DNA of 64,000 nucleotides from an uncultured Gammaproteobacteria bacterium (GCA_964407865.1 CAYOXC010000002.1:120646-184645); one strand, 5' to 3'; counted from the stretch's first letter, positions 1-9,894 are shown. Notes: generated from the sequence alone by a model not told the origin. Program-made: numbers and translations.

Positions 1-45
1 GAATAAGAACAAAATCGCTCCTTGAAAAAAGAAAGGAGTATTACA

Positions 46-2118
46 ATGAAACAAGGAGGTCCGGTAATGGACAAAATTGAATTGGGAGGAAAGTCGAAAG
101 TTGATCTGTTGGTTCGATATTTGACGAATTTGCCGGGGCCGCTTACTTCCGAAGAGCTGCATCTGATGCGTGGGGCAATAGGTACGGAAGGATGCGCCAG
201 GCTTCATGTTGCGTCGCAAAATGCGGAGAACGTGGGGCGGACGACTGTTCGCTTTTCTTCGATCCCGGGTGATGTTGACGAAGTGTTTCCTAATATTCTT
301 GAAGATCGCGCGGAAGTAACAAGTATCGCAGGTTTTATATTGGGCATGAAGAAGAGCGGTGCTGACTGGGTAATTCTGGAGTCGTTTATTGAGGAGTACT
401 TCGCCAATGGCGGACAGGCAAATTCTCAACTAGTTGAGGATGACACGACCGACAATCAGACCGATGAGAACAGTGAAAAGGAAATCGAATTGAACCCTGA
501 AGATTGTGTTCCGGTGAAAGATGATAATGACGTTGAAACGAGAAAGGAAGTTGAAGAGGGGGTTGAAAAGTTGAACGAACTTTGTCTCGAACTAGAACAA
601 ATCAGATCAATTGTCGCTAGCCACGAACTGGAGTTGAAGCAAGTCAATGACAATCTCGGTTTTCTCACTGAAGCCAAAAAAAATGCGCTTTTTGCCAAAG
701 AAGAGCTAGGGCGCGAGGTTGACGAGCTTACGCATGAAATTATCGAAATCAGAAAGAGTTCTGCCGAACTAAAATCAGAAGTTGCCAAACGCAAAGAAGA
801 GGCGCACGACATTGAACTCGACGCCTTGAACACAGAGCAGGCAGCAGCTGAAAAAATGGCCGAATGCAAGGCTCGCCTTCAGGCAGCTGAGGAGTTGAAC
901 GCGCAAGCTGATCTCTTCCTTAACAAGGCCGAACAACTTGAGGCTGATGCGGCAGAGAAAATGCAGGAGGCTGAGGCGCGAATCGCGACTGCCACGACCG
1001 AGATGGCTGAATTAGAAGCTCACGAAAGAAAGCAGAGCAATGAATCGCTGGCGCTTGTTGCGAAAATGGACGAAATCGGCATTAGCCAGGAGCTTAGAGA
1101 AAAACTGAAGCCTGAAGTGGATGAGGCTGTTCGTTACCAGGCGGCAATTTACACGCTTTCACTGATCAAAGTGAGCGCTGAAAAATTGGCCGGACAAGTT
1201 CGTGACGAGGTGGTAGACCTAGCGGCTGAATGTCGTGTTCTCGGCGAAAGGCGAACCGGGCTCGATGAACAAATTGCCGAGCTATCATCGTCGTGTGATT
1301 CGTTGACAGAAAATGTGCGTGAACTCACGGATCTTCGCAGTAGCCTGAGCGAGGAGATATCTTCGCTTGAAAATGATATTGCTGAAATGGAAAAAAATTT
1401 GGATCAGGCTCGTCAGGAATCGCGGGCAATCAATTCAAATTATCACGATACTCTGGCCAAATACCGCGAAGCCATTGAGGATAAAAATCGGCAGATGGCT
1501 GAGGCTGAGGCTGATTTTCTACGACAGCAGGCAATTCAGCAAGATAAGATCAGCAAGTTTGAGCAAATGACAGCCAGTGTTATCTCCGAGGCGCAGACCA
1601 ATCTGCAAAAAGCCTCAAAAAGCTGTGCTGATCGAGTAGCGGAGCTTGAAGCGCAAGCAGTTAGGGCCAAAGAAAAGGCAGACAGTGAGTCTGCCAGGCT
1701 GAAGCTCATAATCACAGAAGCGGAGACGGCTTTAGACGAAATGCGAGTTAACGCCGAAAACCGCGTCAGAGAGACGCATAATAAGGCGGCTGCTCTAGTT
1801 AACGTGGTTCAAGAAGTTCAGGCGGAAAACCTCTCCAGCTTGCAGGCAAAATTGGAAGAGATGGAGCAGTTCGACAGATTTTTTGATATAGTGATGGTTT
1901 CACTCAAGGAAGCAAAATCCAAAGTTCAGCGTGTTTACGAAGAAAGCGAAGGCTTGAACAAAACCTACCAGTCACTATTTGCCATTCGGATGAAAGAAGC
2001 CGAAGAAATCGACGTTAAAATGAGCCAAGCGTTGGCATTGGTAGAGCAGATTTGCGCTGAACCAATTGTCCAAAAAGACGATGATGCGGCGAAAGAAGAT
2101 CTTAAAAATACCAAGTAA
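46..2118 (+). CDS. Large coiled-coil protein: N-terminal ~130-aa globular domain followed by a ~550-aa Ala/Glu/Lys/Leu-rich coiled coil. Hypothetical.
   Basis: The ORF track gives 22..2118 with a TTG start. In-frame ATGs at 46 and 67 are each preceded by a GGAG/AGGAGG Shine-Dalgarno sequence. The sequence is heptad-like and E/A/K-rich over most of its length. GC is visibly higher than in neighbouring genes. A terminator hairpin follows at 2136-2168. Confidence 0.55.
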   Translation: MKQGGPVMDKIELGGKSKVDLLVRYLTNLPGPLTSEELHLMRGAIGTEGCARLHVASQNAENVGRTTVRFSSIPGDVDEVFPNILEDRAEVTSIAGFILGMKKSGADWVILESFIEEYFANGGQANSQLVEDDTTDNQTDENSEKEIELNPEDCVPVKDDNDVETRKEVEEGVEKLNELCLELEQIRSIVASHELELKQVNDNLGFLTEAKKNALFAKEELGREVDELTHEIIEIRKSSAELKSEVAKRKEEAHDIELDALNTEQAAAEKMAECKARLQAAEELNAQADLFLNKAEQLEADAAEKMQEAEARIATATTEMAELEAHERKQSNESLALVAKMDEIGISQELREKLKPEVDEAVRYQAAIYTLSLIKVSAEKLAGQVRDEVVDLAAECRVLGERRTGLDEQIAELSSSCDSLTENVRELTDLRSSLSEEISSLENDIAEMEKNLDQARQESRAINSNYHDTLAKYREAIEDKNRQMAEAEADFLRQQAIQQDKISKFEQMTASVISEAQTNLQKASKSCADRVAELEAQAVRAKEKADSESARLKLIITEAETALDEMRVNAENRVRETHNKAAALVNVVQEVQAENLSSLQAKLEEMEQFDRFFDIVMVSLKEAKSKVQRVYEESEGLNKTYQSLFAIRMKEAEEIDVKMSQALALVEQICAEPIVQKDDDAAKEDLKNTK

Positions 2119-2135
2119 TACCCTACCTTTTTACA

Positions 2136-2168
2136 CCCCGGACACATCTATCCGGGGTTTATTTTTTT
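2136..2168 (+). terminator. Intrinsic terminator (ccccgga...tccgggg stem + T-run)
   Basis: Stem 2136-2142 / 2151-2157 followed by tttattttttt. Confidence 0.6.
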
Positions 2169-2181
2169 AAAAACAAAATGC

Positions 2182-2209
2182 TTGACATTATTCGCTTTAT
2201 TGCTATAAT
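2182..2209 (+). promoter_or_regulatory. Sigma70-like promoter (TTGACA-N16-TATAAT)
   Basis: TTGACA at 2182-2187 and TATAAT at 2204-2209, about 25 nt upstream of the ATG at 2232. Confidence 0.6.
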
Positions 2210-2231
2210 TCACCCTACAAAATAAAAAATT

Positions 2232-2771
2232 ATGAATAATGTCCAGTTAAAAAGATTATTAAATTTAGTCCGTAAAACCGGCGATCGGCTGGTTGTCGCA
2301 GACAAAGAAAGCGATGATGTTTTTGTTATAATGAATTTAGATGAATATGAAGATCTGTCTGATTTTAATGATGAAAACCATGATCATGATTTCGATGCAG
2401 TGCCGGATTTTTTAGAAGATGATAAAGCGGAAGAAATTGATGAAGAAATGCTCGAGCAAATTAATCAGAATATTTCCGAGTGGCGCGAAGAAAAAGATAA
2501 AGAAAAAATAACACAAATTACTGATGTGGCAGATGAAATAGTTGACAAACCGATTGTGGAAGATTTTTCCGATCAGAAAGAAGAGAATGTTCAATCAGGT
2601 TTTAAGAGTCGGAAGTCTTCAATACCGTCAGTTAGCGAGGTGTTGTCAGAGGAAAAATACCGCAATAGGCAGTTTAATGACAGTCCGCGTACAGGGTTTT
2701 TGGAGGAAGAGGATTTAAGCGATGTGTCCGAAGAAGAAGAGGAAAAATTTTATTTAGAACCAGTTGAATAA
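2232..2771 (+). CDS. Acidic protein with a Phd/YefM-antitoxin-like N-terminal segment and a long poly-acidic tail. Hypothetical.
   Basis: The N-terminus LKRLLNLVRKTGDRLVVADKESDDVFVIMNLDEYEDL resembles the YefM/Phd fold signature. The remaining ~130 aa are D/E-rich. No toxin-like partner ORF is adjacent. Confidence 0.45.
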   Translation: MNNVQLKRLLNLVRKTGDRLVVADKESDDVFVIMNLDEYEDLSDFNDENHDHDFDAVPDFLEDDKAEEIDEEMLEQINQNISEWREEKDKEKITQITDVADEIVDKPIVEDFSDQKEENVQSGFKSRKSSIPSVSEVLSEEKYRNRQFNDSPRTGFLEEEDLSDVSEEEEEKFYLEPVE

Positions 2772-2810
2772 AGCTTTTTTTCGTTTATATTGTCGTTATC
2801 GTGCCCTCTC

Positions 2811-2838
2811 TTGCAAAATTCTTATATTCTGCTATAAT
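2811..2838 (+). promoter_or_regulatory. Sigma70-like promoter upstream of tuf (TTGCAA-N16-TATAAT)
   Basis: TTGCAA at 2811-2816 and TATAAT at 2833-2838. Confidence 0.55.
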
Positions 2839-2979
2839 GTCAAGCGTCTATTAGAGCGGATAGCTCTGTCTTTTGGGGCCCGCTTAAAATAAGATAATTT
2901 ATTTTATTCAAAATTTTTCGACGGCTGGATTACAAATCTGCACCGACCACTCGGAGCAGTGCCGTGAATAGTATTTAAT

Positions 2980-4170
2980 ATGGCTGAGTTTGTAAGAACC
3001 AAGCCACACGTCAATGTTGGTACTATTGGCCACGTTGACCACGGTAAGACTACTCTTACTGCTGCGATGTTGCAGGTTCTAACCGCTCATGGTATGAGCG
3101 CCCAGAAAAAGGGTGTTGATGATTTGGATAAGGCCCCAGAGTCAAAGGCTCGCGGCATTACCATTTCCACTGCCCATGTCGAATATGAGTCAGAAAAGCG
3201 TCACTATGCCCATGTAGACTGCCCAGGTCATGCTGATTATGTCAAAAACATGATTACCGGCGCGGCCCAGATGGACGGTGCTATTTTGGTTGTGTCCGCT
3301 GCCGACGGCCCAATGCCGCAGACTCGCGAACACATTCTCTTGGCTCGCCAGGTTGGCGTGCCTCACATTGTTGTTTTCTTAAACAAGGTTGATCAGGTTT
3401 CTGATCCAGAGCTAATTGATCTTGTTGAAGCGGAAATTCGCGATCTTTTGACAAAGTATGAATTTCCTGGAGATACCACTCCTATTATTCGCGGTTCAGC
3501 CCTTCAGGCTTTACAGAATCCGAATGATGAAAATGCGACAAAACCGATTATGGAGTTGGTTAAAACTTTGGATGAATATATTCCAGAGCCAGTTCGAGAA
3601 ACAGACAAGCCGTTCTTAATGCCGATTGAAGATGTCTTTTCAATCGAAGGCCGTGGAACAGTCGTTACCGGTCGTATTGAGCGCGGATTGATTCAAATAA
3701 ACGATGAGATTGAAATTGTCGGTTTGCTTGAGGAGCCAATGAAAACAGTTGTTACAGGTATTGAAATGTTTAACAAGCAACTGAAAGAAGGCCAAGCTGG
3801 AGATAATGCCGGCATTCTTTTGCGCGGTACCAAGAAAGAGCAAGTAGAGCGTGGTATGGTTTTGGCCAAACCCGGCTCAATTAAACCGCATACAGAGTAT
3901 GAAACTCAAGTTTATGTTTTAACCAAAGAAGAAGGTGGTCGACACAAACCATTCTTTAAGGGTTACAAGCCTCAGTTTTATATTCGAACCACTGATGTAA
4001 CTGGCGAGGTTTTATTGCCGGAAGGAACAGAAATGGTTATGCCTGGGGATACTATAAGTTTTATTGTTAAATTAATTAAGCCGGTTGCTATTGAGGAAAA
4101 AATGAAATTCGCTATTCGCGAAGGCGGAAGAACTGTTGGAGCCGGTGTTGTAACGAAGATTATTAAATAA
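2980..4170 (+). CDS. tuf: Elongation factor Tu
   Basis: [18 protein letters not shown] and NKVD GTPase motifs. 396 aa. Confidence 0.97.
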   Translation: MAEFVRTKPHVNVGTIGHVDHGKTTLTAAMLQVLTAHGMSAQKKGVDDLDKAPESKARGITISTAHVEYESEKRHYAHVDCPGHADYVKNMITGAAQMDGAILVVSAADGPMPQTREHILLARQVGVPHIVVFLNKVDQVSDPELIDLVEAEIRDLLTKYEFPGDTTPIIRGSALQALQNPNDENATKPIMELVKTLDEYIPEPVRETDKPFLMPIEDVFSIEGRGTVVTGRIERGLIQINDEIEIVGLLEEPMKTVVTGIEMFNKQLKEGQAGDNAGILLRGTKKEQVERGMVLAKPGSIKPHTEYETQVYVLTKEEGGRHKPFFKGYKPQFYIRTTDVTGEVLLPEGTEMVMPGDTISFIVKLIKPVAIEEKMKFAIREGGRTVGAGVVTKIIK

Positions 4171-4181
4171 CCCAAGTCAAT

Positions 4182-4205
4182 AGAGGGGCGCTATTGCGCC
4201 CCTCT
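4182..4205 (+). terminator. Perfect 10-bp hairpin after tuf (agaggggcgc tatt gcgcccctct)
   Basis: Inverted repeat seen directly. The trailing T-run is weak. Confidence 0.45.
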
Positions 4206-4231
4206 AAGACATGGAATAATGTTCTTTTACC

Positions 4232-4573
4232 ATGACCCCCGCAAGCACAACCAAGAAAACTACCGAAGTATCCACAAGAATACGCATTAAAATACGCGCT
4301 TACGATAACAAAATAATCGATCAGGCGACCAAAATGATTATTGATACGGCAGAACGCAATGATGCTAAAGTGATTGGCCCAGTACCGCTACCAACTGAGA
4401 AGACAAAATTTACAGTTAACCGATCGACTTTTGTGCACAAGAACGCTCGTGAACAATTTGAAATGCGCATTCATAAGCGCTTAATTGATATCATGAACGC
4501 TTCGCCGAAGTGTGTTGATGCATTGATGAGTCTAAGCTTACCGTCTGGTGTGGATATTGAGATTAAAATGTAG
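4232..4573 (+). CDS. rpsJ: 30S ribosomal protein S10
   Basis: RIRIKIRAYDNKIIDQ...KRLIDI is a typical S10 sequence. Confidence 0.93.
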   Translation: MTPASTTKKTTEVSTRIRIKIRAYDNKIIDQATKMIIDTAERNDAKVIGPVPLPTEKTKFTVNRSTFVHKNAREQFEMRIHKRLIDIMNASPKCVDALMSLSLPSGVDIEIKM

Positions 4574-4659
4574 ACCGTTAAAATTTATCTTGTTTTAGCG
4601 AAAAATTGTCCAATAAAGCACTGGCGTATCATTAATATCTTAATGCCATTGTTAGACTA

Positions 4660-4688
4660 TTGACAATTTTTGGTTAATTTAGTAAAAT
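4660..4688 (+). promoter_or_regulatory. Near-consensus sigma70 promoter inside the rpsJ-rplC spacer (TTGACA-N17-TAAAAT)
   Basis: TTGACA at 4660-4665, a 17-nt spacer, then TAAAAT at 4683-4688. Confidence 0.5.
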
Positions 4689-4951
4689 TGGGGACGTTAT
4701 CAAGCGGTCGGACAGTTTCAAATAAATAAGATCAGTCCGCATAAATGCGGAACAGGAAAACATTTATAAGAACTGCAAATGACCGAGGAGAATCATATTG
4801 GAAAATTTAGTTTATAAATAGCCAAATTAGTTTAGTTATTACCACTGGTTTGTGTGTTGTTAGACTGAGTGATTTGAGCCAGTTGGAAAGTAGTTTTTGG
4901 CTAGAAGCGATAGCACTGAAGTTTATTCAGTTTTATTGCTTCTAGTTTTTT
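4689..4951 (+). ncRNA. Candidate leader/sRNA transcript (promoter to terminator, ~250 nt) in the rpsJ-rplC spacer
   Basis: No ORF of 60 aa or more. The promoter at 4660-4688 and the terminator at 4901-4951 bracket the unit. An internal hairpin gtccgcat/atgcggaac lies near 4733-4752. Confidence 0.3.
4901..4951 (+). terminator. Intrinsic terminator/attenuator (ctagaagc...gcttctag + TTTTTT)
   Basis: 8-bp stem at 4901-4908 / 4938-4945 followed by a T6 run. Confidence 0.5.
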
Positions 4952-5017
4952 GTTAAGAGGGGAAGTTTAAAGGTTAACTCCGCAAAAAGAAGAAAGTGGA
5001 GCAATGACAGTATATAT

Positions 5018-5851
5018 ATGAAATTTATTTTAGGAAAAAAAATTGGCATGACACAGGTATTTTCGCAAACAGGCGAGATTGTGCCTGTTACCCGAGTGAT
5101 GGCCGGTCCGTGTCAAATTGTACAGATTAAGACTCCTGAAAAACAGAATGTTCAGGCTGTTGAGATTGGTTTTGATGAAGTAAAAGATTTTCGAGTCAAC
5201 AAGCCTAAAAGTGGCCATTTAAAAGATTTAAAGCCAATGCGTTATTTGCGTTCCTTTGAAACTGAAAAGATTGATGGTTTGAATCGAGGTGACATTATTA
5301 CAGTAGAAGTTTTTTCACCCGGCGATAAAGTGACTGTATCTGGAAACTCAAAAGGTAGAGGGTTTGCCGGTGTGGTTAAACGTCATCATTTTAAGGGTTC
5401 GCCAGCTACACATGGCCACAAACATGATTTGCGCGCTCCGGGTGCAATTGGTGCTGGAGGTGTACAGCGAGTATTTAAGGGTACGCGTATGGCCGGAAGA
5501 ATGGGCGGTGAACCGGTAACTGTACAAAACCTTGAAATAGTTGAAGTCCGTCCTGAAATAAATGAACTTTTGATTAAAGGTGCGGTTCCAGGAGCGCGAA
5601 ATACTTTGATTAAGATTTATTGTCCTGGTGATTTAGAAATAAAGAAAATTGAAGAGCCAGCCACAGAAGATATGACTTCTGTTGAGAAAGTTGATCAGGA
5701 GAATGAAGAATCAAAAAATGACGAGCAAGTCGTTGGAGAAACAACAACAGAGGTTAAAAATGACACTGTTGAAACACCGTCTTTGGAAAAAACAGTTGAG
5801 GGCGATAAGCAGGAAATGAAGGTAGAAGAACCAACTGTTACAAGTCAATAA
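5018..5851 (+). CDS. rplC: 50S ribosomal protein L3 with a ~65-aa acidic C-terminal extension
   Basis: The L3 core is residues 1-210. The tail is rich in E, T and K. Confidence 0.93.
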   Translation: MKFILGKKIGMTQVFSQTGEIVPVTRVMAGPCQIVQIKTPEKQNVQAVEIGFDEVKDFRVNKPKSGHLKDLKPMRYLRSFETEKIDGLNRGDIITVEVFSPGDKVTVSGNSKGRGFAGVVKRHHFKGSPATHGHKHDLRAPGAIGAGGVQRVFKGTRMAGRMGGEPVTVQNLEIVEVRPEINELLIKGAVPGARNTLIKIYCPGDLEIKKIEEPATEDMTSVEKVDQENEESKNDEQVVGETTTEVKNDTVETPSLEKTVEGDKQEMKVEEPTVTSQ

Positions 5852-5865
5852 TTTGGGAAATATTT

Positions 5866-6507
5866 ATGAAGACAAAGGTATACAATCTAGAAGGAAAAGA
5901 AGTGTCAGAAATGAATTTGAATGACAAGGTGTTTGGGGTAAAAGTTAAACCTGAATTTGTTCATGAAGTTTTTCTATTACAGATGCGCAACCAGCGCCAG
6001 CCTTGGGCCGATAGTAAAAATCGTGGCGAGGTAAGCGGTGGTGGTAAAAAGCCGTGGCGTCAGAAGGGCACTGGTCGTGCCAGGCACGGTTCAATTCGTT
6101 CACCTCTTTGGGTAGGTGGCGGTGTAACATTCGGTCCTTTAGCTGAACGCAATTACAAAGCTAAAATTAATAAGCGCGCACGAAAACTGGCTGCTAAAAT
6201 GTGTTTGTCTGACAAGGTTGAAGGAAATGCTTTGTACGTAGTAGAGGACTTTGCTTTTGTTGAACCAAAAACAAAGTTGTTTGTACAATTTTTAAGCAAA
6301 TTACCAGTAAAACAGAAAAGATTTTTAGTATTGACTGGCGCAGAAGACAACTCAAAGGTTTACCAGATGACACGCAATTTAAAAACGATTGAAACAATCC
6401 GAGCGGTTGATGCTAGTGTTATTTCCTTAGTTCAAAATGCAGCAATTATTGTCAGTAAAGATGCGATTAATGAATTGGAAAGAATTTTAACAAAAAGCGA
6501 AAAATAA
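5866..6507 (+). CDS. rplD: 50S ribosomal protein L4
   Basis: GGGKKPWRQKGTGRAR motif. Confidence 0.93.
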   Translation: MKTKVYNLEGKEVSEMNLNDKVFGVKVKPEFVHEVFLLQMRNQRQPWADSKNRGEVSGGGKKPWRQKGTGRARHGSIRSPLWVGGGVTFGPLAERNYKAKINKRARKLAAKMCLSDKVEGNALYVVEDFAFVEPKTKLFVQFLSKLPVKQKRFLVLTGAEDNSKVYQMTRNLKTIETIRAVDASVISLVQNAAIIVSKDAINELERILTKSEK

Positions 6508-6513
6508 TCTGAT

Positions 6514-6912
6514 ATGGGTTTAATTAATAGAAAAAAGAAAATTAAAGAGGAAGAAAAAAAAGTTGACACTCCTATTGAAACTACAGCTGTTAAGTCGAAT
6601 CAAGCTGAGTCGTCAAAAAAGGGTTCGATTATTTCTAACCGATTAATTTTAAAACCGTTGATTACCGAAAAAGCGGCTATTGCTCAAAGTTTAAATAAAT
6701 ATTCTTTTATAGTTATAAAAGATGCGAGCAAAGTTCAAATTAAAAAAGCAATTAAAGAAATTTACGGAATAGAACCGAAGACGGTTAATTTAATCAATAT
6801 GGAAGGAAAAAAGAGACGTTTTGGCCGTTCAACCGGTCGACGCTCAGATTACAAGAAGGCCGTGGTGACTCTGCCGTCAGGCAAGAGTATAACCATTCAT
6901 GAAGGCGTCTAA
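6514..6912 (+). CDS. rplW: 50S ribosomal protein L23 with a ~35-aa Lys-rich N-terminal extension
   Basis: L23 core ILKPLITEKA...YKKAVVTL. Confidence 0.88.
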   Translation: MGLINRKKKIKEEEKKVDTPIETTAVKSNQAESSKKGSIISNRLILKPLITEKAAIAQSLNKYSFIVIKDASKVQIKKAIKEIYGIEPKTVNLINMEGKKRRFGRSTGRRSDYKKAVVTLPSGKSITIHEGV

Positions 6913-6937
6913 AATTTTTTGAGAAGATTAGCTTTAT

Positions 6938-7780
6938 ATGGCAATAAAAGTCTACAAACCAACATCAAGTGGCCGCCGACACTCATCAGTCGACTCTTTT
7001 TCTGATATTACAAAAAAGAAACCTGAAAAATCTTTGACTGTTGCGCTTCAGCCGCATTCTGGACGAAACAACCAGGGCATTATTACGGTACGCCATAAAT
7101 CAGGTGGGGCGAAGAAATTATATCGCCTAGTGGATTTTAAACAAATTAATTATGGAGTTGAAGCTGAAGTATTGGCTATTGAGTATGATCCAAATCGTGG
7201 TCCGCGAATAGCTTTGATCCAGTATCCTGATGGCAAAAAATCCTACATACTTGCACCAGCCCAGTTAGGCGTTGGTGATAAGGTAATTTCTTCGGATAAA
7301 AGCATGGAGCCAAAAGTTGGATATCGGATGCCTTTAGAATTTATGCCAATTGGTACTTTTGTATTCAATATTGAACTGACCCCAGGAAAGGGTGGACAGA
7401 TGGTTAGAGGCGCTGGTTTATCCGCGCAGCTGGTTGGTATTGAAAAAGATTTTGCTCAAATCAAATTACCTTCTGGTGAGATTAGAATGGTACGCAAGCA
7501 ATGTGCTGCTTCAATCGGTTCTCTTAGTAATGCAGATAGGCGCTTAATTCGCTGGGGAAAAGCAGGTCGCTCGCGCCATCGTGGCATCAGACCGACAGTA
7601 AAGGGAAAAAACATGAACCCAGTTGATCATCCGCATGGCGGTGGCGAGGGCCATAGTCCGATTGGTCAGAAAAGAGGTCCTCAGACAGTTTATGGTAAAA
7701 CTGCAATGGGCGTTAGAACTCGTCAAAAAGGAAAATGGAGCGATAAATTTATTATTAAATCACGACGCCGCCAAAAATAA
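6938..7780 (+). CDS. rplB: 50S ribosomal protein L2
   Basis: GRNNQG, MNPVDHPHGGGEG. Confidence 0.96.
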   Translation: MAIKVYKPTSSGRRHSSVDSFSDITKKKPEKSLTVALQPHSGRNNQGIITVRHKSGGAKKLYRLVDFKQINYGVEAEVLAIEYDPNRGPRIALIQYPDGKKSYILAPAQLGVGDKVISSDKSMEPKVGYRMPLEFMPIGTFVFNIELTPGKGGQMVRGAGLSAQLVGIEKDFAQIKLPSGEIRMVRKQCAASIGSLSNADRRLIRWGKAGRSRHRGIRPTVKGKNMNPVDHPHGGGEGHSPIGQKRGPQTVYGKTAMGVRTRQKGKWSDKFIIKSRRRQK

Positions 7781-7798
7781 TTTAAATAGCTATTGAAT

Positions 7799-8113
7799 AT
7801 GTCACGAAGTTTAAAAAAAGGGCCATATATTGACGAAAAACTCCTGAAGAAAGTATTGGCTCAGAAAAACAGCGGTGCAAAGACTGCGATCAAAACATGG
7901 TCGCGTGCTTGTGTGATTTCGCCGGAAATGGTTGGGGTTACTTTTCAGGTGCACAATGGAAAAGATTTTATAAATGTAGGCGTAGATGAAAATATGGTCG
8001 GCCATCGCTTGGGTGAATTTGCACCAACTCGTAAGTTTATCAGACATGGTGGAAAGATGGCAAAGGATCAGGCAGGTAAAGCAGGCTCGGCAGGAGCTGG
8101 ATCGTCAAAATAA
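7799..8113 (+). CDS. rpsS: 30S ribosomal protein S19
   Basis: [11 protein letters not shown]...HNGK. The start is taken at the second Met. Confidence 0.93.
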   Translation: MSRSLKKGPYIDEKLLKKVLAQKNSGAKTAIKTWSRACVISPEMVGVTFQVHNGKDFINVGVDENMVGHRLGEFAPTRKFIRHGGKMAKDQAGKAGSAGAGSSK

Positions 8114-8127
8114 ATTAAATAATTAAT

Positions 8128-8532
8128 ATGTCGCAGGAAATCAAAGCAACATTAAGGTTTTTGAAAATGGGCCCCCGCAAGGTGAGGTTGATTGCTGATT
8201 TGATGCGTGGACACAAAGTTGTTATTTTGCTCGATCGTCTTGCCATAAATAAGCGGAGAGCAGCCAAGCCAATGCTTAAATTGCTGAAATCAGCTGTGGC
8301 CAATGCAAAGAATAATTTTAAGCTTGATTTGAATACCCTGCGAGTCAAAACTATTACTGTAGACGGAGGTCCGATGGTAAAAAGATGGATGCCGAAAGCT
8401 CATGGCCGGGCAACCCCGATAAGGCAGCGCACTTCGCATATTAAACTTGTTTTGATTTCTGAAGAGCCGAAAATAAAAAAGAAGAAAGCTGAAAAAGATA
8501 AGAAAATTACGAAAAAGGAAAAAAATAAATAA
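8128..8532 (+). CDS. rplV: 50S ribosomal protein L22 with a Lys-rich C-terminal tail
   Basis: PRKVRLIADLMRG motif. Confidence 0.9.
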   Translation: MSQEIKATLRFLKMGPRKVRLIADLMRGHKVVILLDRLAINKRRAAKPMLKLLKSAVANAKNNFKLDLNTLRVKTITVDGGPMVKRWMPKAHGRATPIRQRTSHIKLVLISEEPKIKKKKAEKDKKITKKEKNK

Positions 8533-8573
8533 TTTATATATTAACGATTTAGATATTAGATATTTAGATTTGT

Positions 8574-9257
8574 ATGGGTCATAAAGTACATCCGAAAATT
8601 CATCGCACGCCGTATATTTATGCTTGGGATTCCCGTTGGTTTGCTAAAAAAAGCGATTTACCAACGCATCTTTCCCAGGAAGTTAAAATACGCGAGTATT
8701 TAGGAAAGAAATTGAAGGATTCTGGTATTGATGCGATTTCAATTGAGCGCAGTCCAAAGGATATGACCATTACTATTCTTGCCGCGAAACCGGGTGTAAT
8801 CATTGGTCGTTCCGGACAAGGACTTGATATTATTCGAAAACATATTGAAAAGAAATTTTTGCAGTGTAAGACAAAAGTAAAGCTAAATATTCAGCCAGTG
8901 AAACAGCCGGCTCTATCGGCTTCTATTGTCGCGGCTAATTGCGCTGTAGAAATTGAAAGGCGTATGCCTTTTAGGAGAGTAATGAAGCAAGCAATTGAGA
9001 AGGTAATGTCTGCTGGCGCAAAGGGTGTAAAAATTTCTATGGCCGGCCGATTAAATGGAGTGGAAATTTCACGACGCGAAAAGTTGGCAGCTGGTAAAAT
9101 GTCGCTTATCACATTGCGCAGTAATGTTGATTATGCTTTAGCTGAAGCCCAGACCATATATGGAAAAATTGGCATTAAGGTATGGATTTATCACGGCGAG
9201 GCCTTTGGTCGCCATGATCGTTTTGCAAAAATTGATAAAGAAGAAAAGAAAAAATAA
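8574..9257 (+). CDS. rpsC: 30S ribosomal protein S3
   Basis: [24 protein letters not shown]. Contains KH and S3-C domains. Confidence 0.95.
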   Translation: MGHKVHPKIHRTPYIYAWDSRWFAKKSDLPTHLSQEVKIREYLGKKLKDSGIDAISIERSPKDMTITILAAKPGVIIGRSGQGLDIIRKHIEKKFLQCKTKVKLNIQPVKQPALSASIVAANCAVEIERRMPFRRVMKQAIEKVMSAGAKGVKISMAGRLNGVEISRREKLAAGKMSLITLRSNVDYALAEAQTIYGKIGIKVWIYHGEAFGRHDRFAKIDKEEKKK

Positions 9258-9265
9258 ATATTAGT

Positions 9266-9676
9266 ATGTTAACGCCTAAGAAAGTATTACATAGAAAATG
9301 GCATAAAGGACGCCGCCGTAATAAGGGGGTGGCTACTCGCATGAACGCTATTGCTTTTGGCGAGTTTGGGTTAAAAAGTTTGACTCATGGTTGGGTTACT
9401 AGTCGCCAGATTGAAGCTACCAGACGCGTATTAACGCGCTATGTTAGGCGCGGAGGTAAGATATGGATACGGATATTTCCTGATAAACCAATTACAAAAA
9501 AAGGAAACGAACAGCCAATGGGTGGAGGCAAGGGCGCACCGGAATATTTTGTAGCAGTAGTAAAGCCGGGTACAATACTTTTTGAAATGGCCGGTATTCC
9601 AAAAGAGAAAGCAGCCGAAGCAATTAAATTGGCTGGTTATAAATTAGGATTAAGAGTTAAATTTGTAGAAAAATAA
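9266..9676 (+). CDS. rplP: 50S ribosomal protein L16
   Basis: [21 protein letters not shown]. Confidence 0.95.
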   Translation: MLTPKKVLHRKWHKGRRRNKGVATRMNAIAFGEFGLKSLTHGWVTSRQIEATRRVLTRYVRRGGKIWIRIFPDKPITKKGNEQPMGGGKGAPEYFVAVVKPGTILFEMAGIPKEKAAEAIKLAGYKLGLRVKFVEK

Positions 9677-9678
9677 TA

Positions 9679-9888
9679 TTGGATATGGATTTTGATGAAT
9701 TAAAGACAAAAAGCGAAAAAGAATTGAAGGAATTGTTAAGTGAACAGGTAGCTTTGCTACGAGAGTTTAGGTTTAAAATTGCAAATCAGCAATTAAAAAC
9801 TGTTGGAAAGATTAAAGATGCTCGCAAAACAATAGCCAGAATAAAGATGCTTATAAATGCAAAAATAAGTGAGGCTAAGAAAAAATAA
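9679..9888 (+). CDS. rpmC: 50S ribosomal protein L29
   Basis: Position and sequence (ELKELLSEQVALLREFRFK). Confidence 0.85.
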   Translation: MDMDFDELKTKSEKELKELLSEQVALLREFRFKIANQQLKTVGKIKDARKTIARIKMLINAKISEAKKK

Positions 9889-9894
9889 TTTGCT

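Noticed and set aside
2860-2979. Possible tRNA upstream of tuf (tRNAs often precede tuf)
   Set aside because: No cloverleaf could be folded: there is no GTTCGA T-loop or acceptor pairing. The region is treated as the tuf 5' leader with a small hairpin (agagc ggat gctct).
8533-8573. Short tandem tagatat repeats in the rplV-rpsC spacer. I also looked for CRISPR arrays.
   Set aside because: These are only three degenerate 6-7-nt units. No array of 25-40-nt repeats with unique spacers occurs anywhere in the window, so no CRISPR call is made.
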